Shown here: positions 48,701 to 61,385 of the stretch, in pieces | Position numbering within the stretch: position 1 is the first letter of the stretch | Layout of the letters: each line of letters opens with the position of its first letter | Source of the DNA: Macrostomum lignano | Taxonomy: Eukaryota | NCBI GenBank assembly: GCA_002269645.1 | Contig: NIVC01001159.1 | Coordinates: 237,414 to 301,413 of the forward strand | Reading direction: 5' to 3' | DNA: 64,000 bases | Notes under the pieces: model-generated | What the model saw: the letters and a program-made list of their open reading frames with translations, nothing else | Databases searched by the model: none | What the model was told of the DNA's origin: nothing | Translations under genes and position numbers: made by a program

Positions 48701-49190
48701 GTAGCGTCATGTAAAAAATCATAGAAGCGTCATGTAAACAATCATAGAAGCGTCATATAAACAATCATAGAAGCGTCATCTAAAAAGCATAGAAGCGTCA
48801 TGTAAACAATCATAGAAGCGTCATGGAAAAAGCATAGAAGCGTCATGTAAACAATCATAGAAGCGTCATATAAACAATCATAGAAGCGTCATCTAAAAAG
48901 CATAGAAGCGTCATGTAAACAATCATAGAAGCGTCATGGAAAAAGCATAGAAGCGTCATGTAGACAATCATAGAAGCGTCATGTAAAAAATCATAGAAGC
49001 GTCATGTAAAAATCATAGAAGCGTCATGTAAACAATCATGGAAGCGTCATGTAAAAAATCATAGAAGCGTCATGTAAAAAGCATAGAAGCGTCATATAAA
49101 CAATCATAGAAGCGTCATATTAAAAATCATAGAAGCATCATGTAAAAATCATAGAAGCGTCATGAAAAATCATAGAAGCCTCATTTAAAG
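39748..49190 (+). repeat. ~9.4-kb satellite of a 22-24-bp monomer (ATCATAGAAGCGTCATGTAAA(C)A(A)), roughly 400 copies, with higher-order blocks
   Basis: Continuous tandem array; diagnostic variants such as GTCCTGCAGAAATCGTAG recur in fixed order. Confidence 0.97.
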
Positions 49191-50119
49191 ACTAATGAAA
49201 GTGTCAGTTAAAAAAATTAAGAAGCATCATGGTAGAATAAAAGAAGCGTCATGTCAGACATGAAGGTGTCATGTAAAAATTAAATGCAGTTATAATGCTG
49301 TGCTGGGGAGAAAAACTGAGACGTAAAGGCTCTCAGAGAATAACTGAGATTACGGGGGGGGTGGTTCTGAGATGTCAAAGCAAAAGTCAGAAGCTACTTC
49401 AAAGTTCATGTACTTTACTCAATTTTTTAATTACATTCTTTGTTGGCTCGCCACGGGGGGAGGCGCTGATAGAAGAAGAGTCATGTAAAAAATAAAAGTA
49501 GCACTAAGTATACATAAAAGAAAGGTCATGTCGAAGTCAAAAGATTCATTTGGGAATTGCTACGATGTCAAAGCTTGGTGGAAATCGTTATAGTGCTGTG
49601 ATTCTTAAAGAAGGAATCACTAAAATGCCAAGGCTTAGGGGAGAAGAATTGCTGAGATTTCAAGGCTTTAGGTTGGGTTAAAGTTAGGTTTAGGTCAGGT
49701 GTGGGTTGAGGGTTATATTTTATCGGGTTTCAAGGTTAACAGGGGATTTTTTAGATTTCAAGGTTTATGGGGGCCATCGCTGACATGTCAAGGCTTACGG
49801 GGGGGAATAGCTGAGATGTCAAGGCTTACGGGGGGGAATAGCTGAGATGTCAGGGCTCACTGGGGTATAAATGAGATTTCAAGGCTAAAACCAGAAGCTA
49901 CATGTAGTTTATTGAAAACTTTTTATTACATTATTTGATGCCTCCTCAGGGGAGGGATCGCTGATAAAAAAAGCGTAATGTAAAAATAAAAGAAGCTTCA
50001 TGTCGAAGTTAAGAGATTCATTTGGGAATCCCTACGATATCGAGGCTTGCAGGGAATCGCAATAATGCTGTAGTAGTGCTATTATGACTCTTAGAGAGAA
50101 TTACTGAAATTTCAATGCT

Positions 50120-50210
50120 TTAGGGTTAGGTTAGGGTTAGGGTTAGGGTTAGGGTTAGGGCTAGGGTTAGGCTAGGGTTAGGGTTAGGGTTAGGTTTGGA
50201 TTAGGGTTAG
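50120..50210 (+). repeat. Interstitial telomere-like (TTAGGG)n tract inside the mariner
   Basis: About 14 perfect or near-perfect TTAGGG units. Confidence 0.9.
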
Positions 50211-50490
50211 AAGGTTGACAGATATTTTTAGATTTTCAAGGCTTATTGGGGGCATTGCTGAGATGTCAGGGGGGGAGTTGATATGTTAAAGCTTGTGGGG
50301 GGAATTACTGACATGTCAAGGCTTACAAGGTTTGACAGGAGATTTTTTAAGATTTCAAGGATACATGTAGCTTATTAAAAAAACGTGTATTGCATTTCTT
50401 TGGCTCCCCAACGGGGGGCGTAGATTGCTAGTCTGATTCTATAACTAAAAGCTACAACAAAAGGTTGCAGAACTTTTTGATCACCCCTCG

Positions 50491-51390
<900 letters not shown>

Positions 51391-51936
51391 GTGTCAGACG
51401 CGTTCCCACTCCGCTACTCAGCCCCTTCTGCTTCAGGTTGATAAGCGGCTATCTGTGCTTTTGTCTGTCAGATGTTTGGCTCGATGATCTTCAAAACCAG
51501 ACAGCCAATCCGAGCTCTCTCAGCTCATCCCCGGCACCTCTAGATTTAAAGCCAGGTTGATAATCTCTCCCGAGTCCGCGGTGGATAACAAGACGGTTCT
51601 TGGCGCGAGACAGCACGGCCCCAGGTAATCAGTTTTATTACCCTGTTTATTTGTCAGCGGCTCCAATTATCTGAGTTATTCTCCAAGCCGGTCATAATTT
51701 GGGCTTCTCCCTTTTATCTGATCTCCAAGCAGATTGACTTCAAACGACAGAGTCAATAGAGCAATCGGGTCGAGCACTCAACTTCCTGGTATTAGCGCAG
51801 CATAGCTTGAAAAAATAAGATAAATAAAGACGACGGAGAGTCTCAACACACCGACTCTGTCTCTTATACTCACATAAAACTTTACCCTACCTGTTCAGCA
51901 AATCTGAAACAGCAGCCAGCCAACCCCGACTCTGCA

Positions 51937-53173
51937 ATGGCCCCTAGCAACTCCTTTGTGTCCTGTAAGCACCCGGCAGCTCAGTTGCTTCTGCCGATGC
52001 TGCTGCTGCTGCTGCTGCTCCCAGTCTGCCTGCGGCAGGGCGGGGCGGTGGCCGCCTTCCGAGTCGAGGCCGAGGCCGACTATCCCGACTCCGATCTGGC
52101 TGGCATCGACGATCTGCTGGTGAAAAAGCGTCTGGCAGCGGCCGACCACAGCAACTTGGACTCGCTCAAGTTCCGCCTGATCGAGGCGGGAAAGCTGCCG
52201 GCGGCCGCCACGGACGAGGATGTGGCGAGATACGTGCAGCAGATTGTGCAGATGGTGAATAGGCCGAGGTAAATCTTTTTCCACGATTTTTATAGCGTTT
52301 ACTGGTTCGTGTCTAACAGGTACATTGAAAACAAAAAAGTTTTCATTACTTCATTTGGTTTGAGTACACTGACTGGTTGAGTACACTGACTAGTTGAGTA
52401 CACTGACTAGTTGAGTACACTGACTAGTTGAGTACACTGACTAGTTGAGCACACTGACTAGTTGAGTATACTGACTAGTTGAGTACACTGACTAGTTGAG
52501 TACACTGACTAGTTGAGTACACTGACTAGTTGAGTACACTGACTGGTTGAGTACACTGACTAGTTGAGTACACACTGATTGGTTGAGTACACTGAATAGT
52601 TAAGTAGACTGAGTGACTGGTTGAGTACATTGGCTGGTTGAGTACATTGGCTGGTTGAGTACATTGGCTGGTTGAGTACATTGACTGGTTGAGTACATTG
52701 ACTGGTTGAGTACATTGGCTGGTTGAGTACATTGGCTGGTTGAGTACATTGACTGGTTGAGTACATTGACTGGTTGAGTACATTGGCTGGTTGAGTACAT
52801 TGGCTGGTTGAGTACATTGGCTGGTTGAGTACATTGACTGGTTGAGTACATTGACTGGTTGAGTACATTGACTGGTTGAGTACATTGACTGGTTGAGTAC
52901 ATTGACTGGTTGAGTACATTGACTGGTTGAGTACATTGGCTGGTTGAGTAGACTGCAGTTTATGGAGCTCCATTGCGTAAAATTTTATTTGGGTGCAGCA
53001 TCCGTAAAGATAAATTACATTCAGGACATGCAAAAACTCTTAGGCATGGTAGGAGAAGCTTAGAGATCTGTGAGGATGAAATTTGCAATGAGGTGCTATC
53101 AATCAACCTTTATCGCTTCAGGTACGGCAGAAGCGTCGACAAGCAGACAGCCCGGCACTCCAAACGACTTTAA
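51937..53173 (+). CDS. NPF: Neuropeptide Y/F family precursor (127 aa)
   Basis: Signal peptide (LLLPMLLLLLLLP) and KKR site. Exon 1 (51937-52268) ends inside the last Arg codon and splices to exon 2 (53122-53173), giving ...DEDVARYVQQIVQMVNRPR|Y-GR. The phase-2 intron in that Arg codon and the G-R amidation/cleavage signal are NPY/NPF hallmarks. Confidence 0.9.
52361..52953 (+). repeat. 17-bp minisatellite (TTGAGTACA(C/T)TG(A/G)CT(A/G)G) in the NPF intron; related short array at 54150-54243
   Basis: About 35 tandem units. Confidence 0.92.
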
Positions 53174-54769
53174 AACGAATTCGCCAGGATGCGCCAGAAT
53201 GACTCTATCAATTCAATGACTCGATAAAAATTAAAACACAATTTTCAATCTGTCCAAGACCTGAGCTCCATATCCAGCTGAGACTGATAGCAATAAATCT
53301 CTGTTCCATCCAGGAAATTGATCATTTTTCCCTCCCTAATCTCTAAAAAATGTTTTCTGTCGATTTTCCCGCTTCCTGCTTCATCCCAGGTTACTTAGCG
53401 GCCTGTTGTCGAGACCGAGTTCGGAGTGAAACAAGCAGCAGCTAAAATATAAATCTTCAAAACTTTTTGGGATGGTAAAAGTTTTAACTGTTTTGCAGGA
53501 CTTTCTCTTATTTAGCAAAGTGGGTACACGAAAGGTGATCACCTTTCCTATCACAGATTACAGCTTCAGGCCCTGCTTACAGATGCAGACTCTGCTCCTG
53601 CGCAAATTAACTAGATTGATTGCGCCGACTCTGATAGATACAAAACAAGGTGACGCATCGGCTTGCTTGCAATCCAGGTCTGAGGTCTGAAAGGAACAGG
53701 CAAAGTCATTCCATAATTTCATAATGTTCAGCCAGTGACTTGTCGAGCGTACAGAACTCATCTAGCATAATAGACAGGTGAACAGGGCGTTATACCCAAG
53801 TGGGATTGGAGGCGACTCAGTCCTGGAGGCTTCGCACGGCTTCGCGAGTCCATTAGGTTCGTCTCTGACTGAGTAAAAGATTGCCCACTAATTATAGATC
53901 CTTAGCGACTATATTCTGATAGCAATATTCTTCCTCACATGTACAAACCGTGTCGTTGTATTAAGAAGCTGCCTCTGAAGACCAGATCTATACATATAAT
54001 GTTGCATTATAGTCCTAATCTAAGTAGTCCCTGATGTTACCTGAACTCACAGATTGTCATAGTCACACAGGTTGTCCCGCCACATGTCTTTCAAGCACCC
54101 AGTTGTGTCCTAAAATTCATTCGCACCGGACCGTCGGATTTTGATTCTAACTGAGTACACTGGCTGGCTGAGTACACTGGCCGGTTGAGTACACTGGCTG
54201 GCTGAGTACACTGGCCGGTTGAGTACACTGGCCGGTTGAGTAGATTTAGAAAGTCCTAGAGGAATAAGTACAGCAGACTGCCGCCTCAATTGACTGCCTC
54301 CCACGCAAGCATGTTATCTTTGCCGTGGCAAAATGCATGTACTGGCATGTAAAACATCTCTAATTAAAACAAGTCCTTAATTAGCTAACACGTCTCCTCA
54401 ACAGTGTATCATAGGATTCATAGTCATGGTTTTCCCAATAAAATACAACGAATGTTATTTCAATACCTGTTGAACGTCTTTTAGTTTGGGCGAGGCTGCG
54501 CTTCGAGGACGTGACATGACGAAGCCAGGTAGCAAGGTTTCTTCAAGATCCTCCTGCTGACCCCACTGGGACTGCGCAGGCTCGATCCGTAACAGGCGGT
54601 TGGAGTCACGAAAAGTTGGGACCTTGCGATTTTAGGGTCGCCTTCCTAAGCTCGAAAATTCACATCGTCAAAAATCTTTCTGGCCACTTTATGAGGTTGA
54701 AATTTTACATGGTGCAAAACTCAACATTTTTAATACGATTTTTAATACGAGTAGAATCTGCGCAGGTGT

Positions 54770-55032
54770 GCGAGCTCCGATAGCTATAGGATGTCTCTGA
54801 AATGCTCCGATAGCTATAGGATGTCTCTGAAATGCTCCGATAGCTATAGGATGTCTCTGAAATGCTCCGATAGCTATAGGATATCTCTGAAATGCTCCGA
54901 TAGCTATAGGATGTCTCTGAAATGCTCCGATAGCTATAGGATATCTCTGAAATGCTCCGATAGCTATAGGATGTCTCTGAAATGCTCCGATAGCTATAGG
55001 ATGTCTCTGAAATGCTCCGATAGCTATAGGAT
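54770..55032 (+). repeat. 30-bp minisatellite (GCTCCGATAGCTATAGGATGTCTCTGAAAT)
   Basis: About 8.5 near-identical copies. Confidence 0.92.
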
Positions 55033-55544
55033 GTTATTGTTATGTTATTTTATGTTATGTTATGTTATGTTATTTTTATTGTTATTAAAATAATATAATT
55101 AAAGTGCGCGGCCAGAGAAAATCTCTCGCAGGTAAAAAGCTCTCAACCGATCCGAAAAACAACAAACAACAAAATAGTGCGTGTCCACAGTCAGTTACGG
55201 ACTTGTGGAACTGAAGCACCGATACAGGGCGTCGATACGTCACAGAGCAGGCCAGCGTGCGTCGTGTCAACTTCCTGTTCAAGCGAGTCTGGCAGTTGAT
55301 GAACCTGCAGGAGCCTCATATATGCTTCACATGTAACTATAGTTAGGTAGGATAACTGAGTTTTAATGTTCTGGATGTTCGAATGCACAATTATGAGCAT
55401 TCATTTATTCAATAAGTATGAAAAGATCGAAGAGCATCACGAAATTATATGGACTACTCTTAAATAGGACTCCATAAACGTTAATGAACAATAATACCAA
55501 TAATAGTTAATTAAACCTGCCCTAATGGCAAAATGTGCAACCGA

Positions 55545-55797
55545 GAGCTCAGCCGCAGCTATTGCGCAGCGCACCTGAAGGCTGCGTACGGCTGTTCAGT
55601 CCAAGGACTCGGGGGTCGCCACACACACCCTCAATTACCCCAGCTAATGCTGGCACCCATTTTACAGCTGGGTGAACTGGAGCAATGCAGAGTTAAGTGT
55701 CTTGCTCAAGGACACAAATTGTTCCGAGTGGGTGGAGAATCGAATCGCCGACCTTTCAGTCGTGATTCGGACGCTCTAACCATTAGGCTATGCTGAG
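55545..55797 (-). mobile_element. tRNA-derived SINE, copy 2
   Basis: Head CATAGCCTAATGGTTAGAGCG...TTCGATTC; same core and 3' body as 25055-25289. Confidence 0.8.
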
Positions 55798-55969
55798 CAC
55801 ATGAGCAAATACTAGTCAAACCGGACTGCATAATGTGTTAGTTATTGTCTATGGACATGGATATGTAATTCGCAAATTTTTTTCTATAAATGACATTTCT
55901 CGAATCAGCCTAATAATTTTAAATTTGGCTTGCGATAAAATATAGTACATTTATTTAGAAAACCTAACC

Positions 55970-57430
55970 ATGACCAACCAGTCTAGCGAGTCCGCCAACG
56001 ACTTGACAGATGAATCGAAGCACAACATCAACATGAGCTTCTACTTCACTCTGTGCCATCGAATGGCCGAGCTGGAGCCCATGCTGATTGAGTTCTACTC
56101 CAAGCTGCTGCGTCAGCTAGGCCTTCTGAACAGCGCAAATCTGATGATTGACGACTCTGAGCAGACACTCACCGAGGAACTGCTGCGGAGCGTCGTCAAC
56201 TCCAAAGAGGACGTCGCAGAGGGCGTTGAATTCCCTCTGTTCCGCGGCGCCTACATCCGGCTGTTTGAGGACGGGTCCCTGTTCCAGAGGATCATGTTCG
56301 AAGTGTTCGACGCCCTGGGTGAAGCCAGGTTGATCTGGATTCGATGGTGAGGAGCGAGCGTTGAGATTTGGGATACCCGATTGCCGATACCCGATTGCCG
56401 ATACCCGATTGCCGATACCCGATTGCCGATACCCGATTGCCGATACCCGATTGCCGATACCCGATTGCCGATACCCGATTGCCGATACCCGATTGCCGAT
56501 ACCCGATTGCCGATACCCGATTGCCGATACCCGATTGCCGATACCCGATTGCCGATACCCGATTGCCGATACCCGATTGCCGATACCCGATTGCCGATAC
56601 CCGATTGCCGATACCCGATTGCCGATACCCGATTGCCGATACCCGATTGCCGATACCCGATTGCCGATACCCGATTGCCGATACCCGATTGCCGATACCC
56701 GATTGCCGATACCCGATTGCCGATACCCGATTGCCGATACCCGATTGCCGATACCCGATTGCCGATACCCGATTGCCGATACCCGATTGCCGATACCCGA
56801 TTGCCGATACCCGATTGCCGATACCCGATTGCCGATACCCGATTGCCGATACCCGATTGCCGATACCCGATTGCCGATATCCGATTGCCGATACCCGATT
56901 GCCGATATCCGATTGCCGATACCCGATTGCCGATACCCAAATCTTATCCGGATTTCCACCTCCAATTACCCAACACGCTTTACAGGTATTCGGAATACAA
57001 GTTCAAAAACAAATCCAATCCAAAGTTGCGCACATTCTATCGCTTCATCGACTACAGCTTCATCTCGCAGCTTCCCCTGCATCACTACACGGCATTCCAG
57101 GCTGACACCCTGCTGTACTGCGAGTGGCGCTGCGCCCACCCCAACCTGATCGGCTTCCATCTGCTCATCCTCGCCTGGATGCTCGACGCCCGCGAGTTTT
57201 TCCAGTTCGCCCCGGCCGGAATCCAACAGGCCGACCCGCTGCGGAGCCCCCTGCTGCGCAGCTTCTGGCCGATGGCCGGCCAGCCCCGGATCCGCCTACT
57301 GCCTTCGGCCAAATCGCCCACAGAGGCAGCTCCGCCGTCGAGGCCGCCGCCGCGGTCGCCAGCAAAGACGCCGAGGCTGGAGGGCCGGACCGATAAACGG
57401 GCGCGGCTGGCGACCAAGAAGTCGGCCTAG
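55970..57430 (+). CDS. Uncharacterised protein, paralogue A (273 aa, 2 exons)
   Basis: Exons 55970-56346 and 56986-57430 (phase-2 GT-AG intron); colinear homology with paralogue B. Confidence 0.85.
56371..56938 (+). repeat. 14-bp minisatellite (GATACCCGATTGCC) filling the intron of paralogue A
   Basis: About 40 near-perfect units. Confidence 0.95.
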
Positions 57431-58563
57431 ACTCTGCAGGAAGTTTTGCTTTTGCTTAAAAAGTTAAAAGTACACAATGCCCGCGATATTTACTAAATAT
57501 CAAATCTTTTTTATTTGTGGAGCCTCAGTGATTTGGTGTTAAATTTTGAGGATTTGAAAGACGTTCTTTTAAAAAGTATTTGAAACCAAAAACTGTTTTT
57601 TACGCAGAACTTGATCGAGAATTCATTAGGCATTTGCTGGGTCGACACAATTCCGAATTGTCCTTTCATATTCTTTTAATATCAAATTTGACAATGACTC
57701 TGCCCTCGTGCAACGCCTTCGGCGACATCGTCCTTTAATCGTTCTTTTTAATCGCTCGGCATGTACGACGTACGACGATCATACGACGCAAGAATCACAC
57801 TTGTTTACCGCTGAGCTGCTCAGCCCCGTGTGCGACCACCTTGGACCAAGCTTATGCTGGCTTCAAAAGAGAGAAAGTGCTAATTTTTACTAAAAATTAA
57901 CAAATCACCTCTCGCTAATCGGTTGTCTACTAGATGTCTACTAGATGTCTACTAGATGTCTAGACACTCACTCAGTGCCAGCGCCGTGTGCTGCCAGCCG
58001 TTTAATGTTGTTTTTTGCCAGCAGAAACCCGCAGGCTTGCAGCTGCTGTCGAGTGCAGGTGAATTTTTTGTTTAAATAATAATGACAAGGCGCTTCCAAG
58101 CCCGCCCAGTCCGTCGCATTTTAACGATAGAATTTGTAAAATTTTGAGTCAGTGTGCAGTTTTTCCATCTCCCAATAGAGTCCTCAATTATTTAAGTGCT
58201 TCGTCTGAAACAATATTTTTTCGAGCGATTCAAGTGCGGAAAAACATAACTGACTGGCTGACTATTGAAATTCTAAAAAAATACCCTATTAGCATTCATT
58301 TGAATGCTGCTACCTTTTCAAGCACTATACGATTTTCGTAAATCTCTAATGACACTACTGAGTTTTTAAAAGTAAGTAGAGTAGACGATATTTTGCTATT
58401 TCTATGCGAAAATTTTTCTAGTCTAGTCTGTATAACCTCAGGACCACAGGCATTACACAAGGAATGAGCGCTTCTGTCTATGGCTAACACCCCTGCGGCT
58501 TAAAGAATGATGAATTTATACCAAATAATTTTTGGCTAAATTTGGCGGTCACTTCCAGTTGGC

Positions 58564-59696
58564 ATGGAGCAGCAGGACCGGGACAAGTTTATAGGTTTCT
58601 ATTTGTCACTCAGGGAGAGACAGGACGATCTCGATTATGTGATGTGGCAGTTCTTCACCCAGCTCCTCGCTGCTCTCAGGGACTACCAACAGAAGCAACT
58701 GGGCGGTAGTCAAGGCCGAGTGTCTAAAAGTCTCCTCATCGAGGAGGTGGCCCAGACCAACTTGAGCGTGAAAATCAACATGCAAAGTTTTACAGACGAC
58801 TTCGTTCTGTTCCGCGGTGCCTATATTAAAACCTTTCAGGATGGATCTGTGCCCTACAAAATACTGCACCTAATCATCGAAGCTCTGGGTGACAGCGCAG
58901 AGCCGTTGAAGGCCAAGTGAGTGTGCTGGAGTTGGAGGCTGGAGTGACATTGGAACTGAGTGACACTGGGACTGAGTGAGACTGGGACTGAGTGACACTG
59001 AGACTGAGTGACACTGAGACTGAGTGACACTGAGACTGAGTGACACTGAGACTGAGTGACACTGAGACTGAGTGACACTGGGACTGAGTGACACTGGGAC
59101 TGAGTGACACTGGGACTGAGTGACACTGAGACTGAGTGACACTGGGACTGAGTGACACTGGGACTGACTGACACTGGGACTGAGTGACACTGGGACTGAC
59201 TGACACTGGACTGGTTACTGCTTGAAGCTCAAGTGACTTGAAACAAAAAGATATATTCAAATATTCAAGATCGAAAAGTACATTGAAAGTTGGGCAGCCA
59301 ATTTGTCTCCAATTCAGAGTGCACCAGTTCGAATCCGAGGGCAAGAGCCTGCCGATGCTGCGCGCATTCTACTGGTACGTGGACGTGAACTTCATTTCGC
59401 AGCTGCCAACAGAGTTCCAGGTGGCGTTCACCGTTGACTGCCTGCTGTACGGAGAGTGGCGCATCGACCACCCGAACCTGGTCGGCCTGAACCTGCTGGC
59501 CCTGGCCTGGATGCTGGGCGAGGCCCAGTTTCACCGCTTCCTGCCCGACGGCATGAAGGACTGCCAGCCGGTGAAGAGGCCGATTTTTAAGCAGCTGCTG
59601 CCGCTGGTCGGCATTCGAGTTCGGTACAACGACAATGCCACTAAGTCCGGTCAGCAGCTGAAGGGTCAGGATAGTCAGCAGAAAAACGGGAAATAA
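58564..59696 (+). CDS. Uncharacterised protein, paralogue B (243 aa, 2 exons)
   Basis: Exons 58564-58916 and 59318-59696 (phase-2 intron at the same aligned codon as A). Shared motifs LFRGAYI..F.DGS, LR.FY...D..FISQLP, LLY.EWR..HPNL.G..LL.LAWML. Confidence 0.85.
58940..59210 (+). repeat. 16-bp minisatellite (TGACACTG(A/G)GACTGAG) in the intron of paralogue B
   Basis: About 17 tandem units. Confidence 0.92.
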
Positions 59697-59800
59697 GTTG
59701 GGGCTCTGATTTTCCAATACTTTCTTTATTCATTGAAAATTTATCAAAATATATTTTTGCTTTTTTCGAATAAAGCTAGCGTATTTAAGTTGCATTCCTC

Positions 59801-59950
<150 letters not shown>

Positions 59951-60904
59951 GTTTTGGACGCTCATTTTGTAGCTCCTTCATCATCTAGCCGAAAAAATGC
60001 TCAAGAAAAGAGCTCACACAATGATCTTCTAGCTGTAAGGAAGGTTTTTCGCGAGCTCTTTGAGCCACGCCCTTTTCTCGGCAGCTGCAGATTGCTAACG
60101 CGACTCAGCTTCTTCAGAGAGCGGTGTGAAATTACCTCGTGACTGTTTGCCTGTCATTCCATTATGCATTTGTTATTGAAGAAGAAATTACTTTAAAGGT
60201 GAAAAGCTTATTTCAAAGGTTGGAACCCATTATCTGAACAATGAACTTTAAGAGCCTTTGAACAGCAGATCAAACACGTCATGGCAAGTTTTAGTGGTAA
60301 AATTCAGTGGGCTTCCAGTTTTATTTTGCGATGACAAGTGTAGTGTCCACAGTTGTCAAATACTGAGTTGACAATACGGCTATAAAGTGCTTCCAAATAC
60401 AGTAAAAACTGCATCAAACATCAGTTGTCTCAACCAGCCGCTAAATTTTACGGGAGCATGCGGATGCTGAGACTAAAGTTGAACGTCAGGCTAAAAGCCT
60501 GGGTCACTTCAATTTTCCGGCTGGCTTGATCTATCAATATGTAATGGATTGAAACGCGTACTGCATCAGGCTAGGAAGCTAAGCTCGTAGCTTTTAAATA
60601 CAAGCTTGTTAGACAATCCTTCGTGGAGGGCTTGGACAGGGGGAGAGGATTATTAAGATAAGCTTGGGTGTGTAACGCATTAGCAGAGTTGCAGTTTATT
60701 TGGATGGATTCGAAATTGACAAGCGCATATTACAAATTAAGTTGCCCTTTAACGACAACCTGCGGATTTCAGCAACGCATCTAGTATCGACTCTACTTTA
60801 CTTTTATATATCTGTGGAAGCTGGTTAGGCTGTTCAGCGCCACTCGTTTTAATACAGCACTTGACTCACTCACGGGCAACTTGCGTAAACAAAGGGCTAA
60901 AAGG

Positions 60905-61385
60905 GGTTGGGGCTAAGCCACGCAGGGCTGAGGGTGGGGCCTAGCCACGCAGGGCTGGGGCTGGGGGGGCCTAGCCACACATGGCTGGGGGCTGGGGGTG
61001 GGGCCTAGCCACACATGGCTGGGGCTGGGGGTGGGGCCTAGCCACACATGGCTGGGGGCTGGGGGTGGGGCCTAGCCACGCAGGCCTGGGGGCTGGGGTG
61101 GGGCCTAGCCACGCAGGCCTGGGGCTGGGAACTGGGGGTGGGGCCTAGCCACACAGGGCTGGGGCTGGGGTGGGGCCTAGCCACGCAGGCCTGGGGGCTG
61201 GGAACTGGGGGTGGGGCCTAGCCACACATGGCTGGGGCTGGGGGTGGGGCCTAGCCACGCAGGCCTGGGGGCTGGGGGTGGGGCCTAGCCACGCAGGCCT
61301 GGGGGCTGGGAACTGGGGGTGGGGCCTAGCCACACAGGGCTGGGGGCTGGGGTGATGGCTAATCCACGCAGGCCTGGGGGCTGGG
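60905..61385 (+). repeat. G-rich 30-37-bp minisatellite (GGGGCTGGGGGTGGGGCCTAGCCAC...)
   Basis: About 14 tandem variants, each with several G3-G5 runs. Confidence 0.9.

Larger units (their letters stand above)
37876..50490 (-). mobile_element. Mariner (Tc1/mariner) element expanded to 12.6 kb by internal satellite and repeat cargo
   Basis: 26-bp TIRs with one mismatch (CGAGGGGTGATCAAAAAGTTC(A/T)GCAA at 37876-37901 and 50465-50490), each flanked by TA; transposase remnants lie next to the left TIR. Confidence 0.9.

Noticed and set aside
50120-50210. TTAGGG tract as a chromosome end or telomere fusion
   Set aside because: Short, one orientation only, and embedded within a mariner with ordinary genes on both sides.
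51392-51848. Possible solo LTR (TG...CA with AATAAA near the end)
   Set aside because: No matching TSD; the segment is equally explained as the NPF upstream region.
56117-57149. Long ORFs in many frames (YPIADTRLPIPDCR..., IYLSIYLS..., VCLSVCLS..., [10 protein letters not shown]...)
   Set aside because: Translation artefacts of stop-free micro- and minisatellites lying inside introns.
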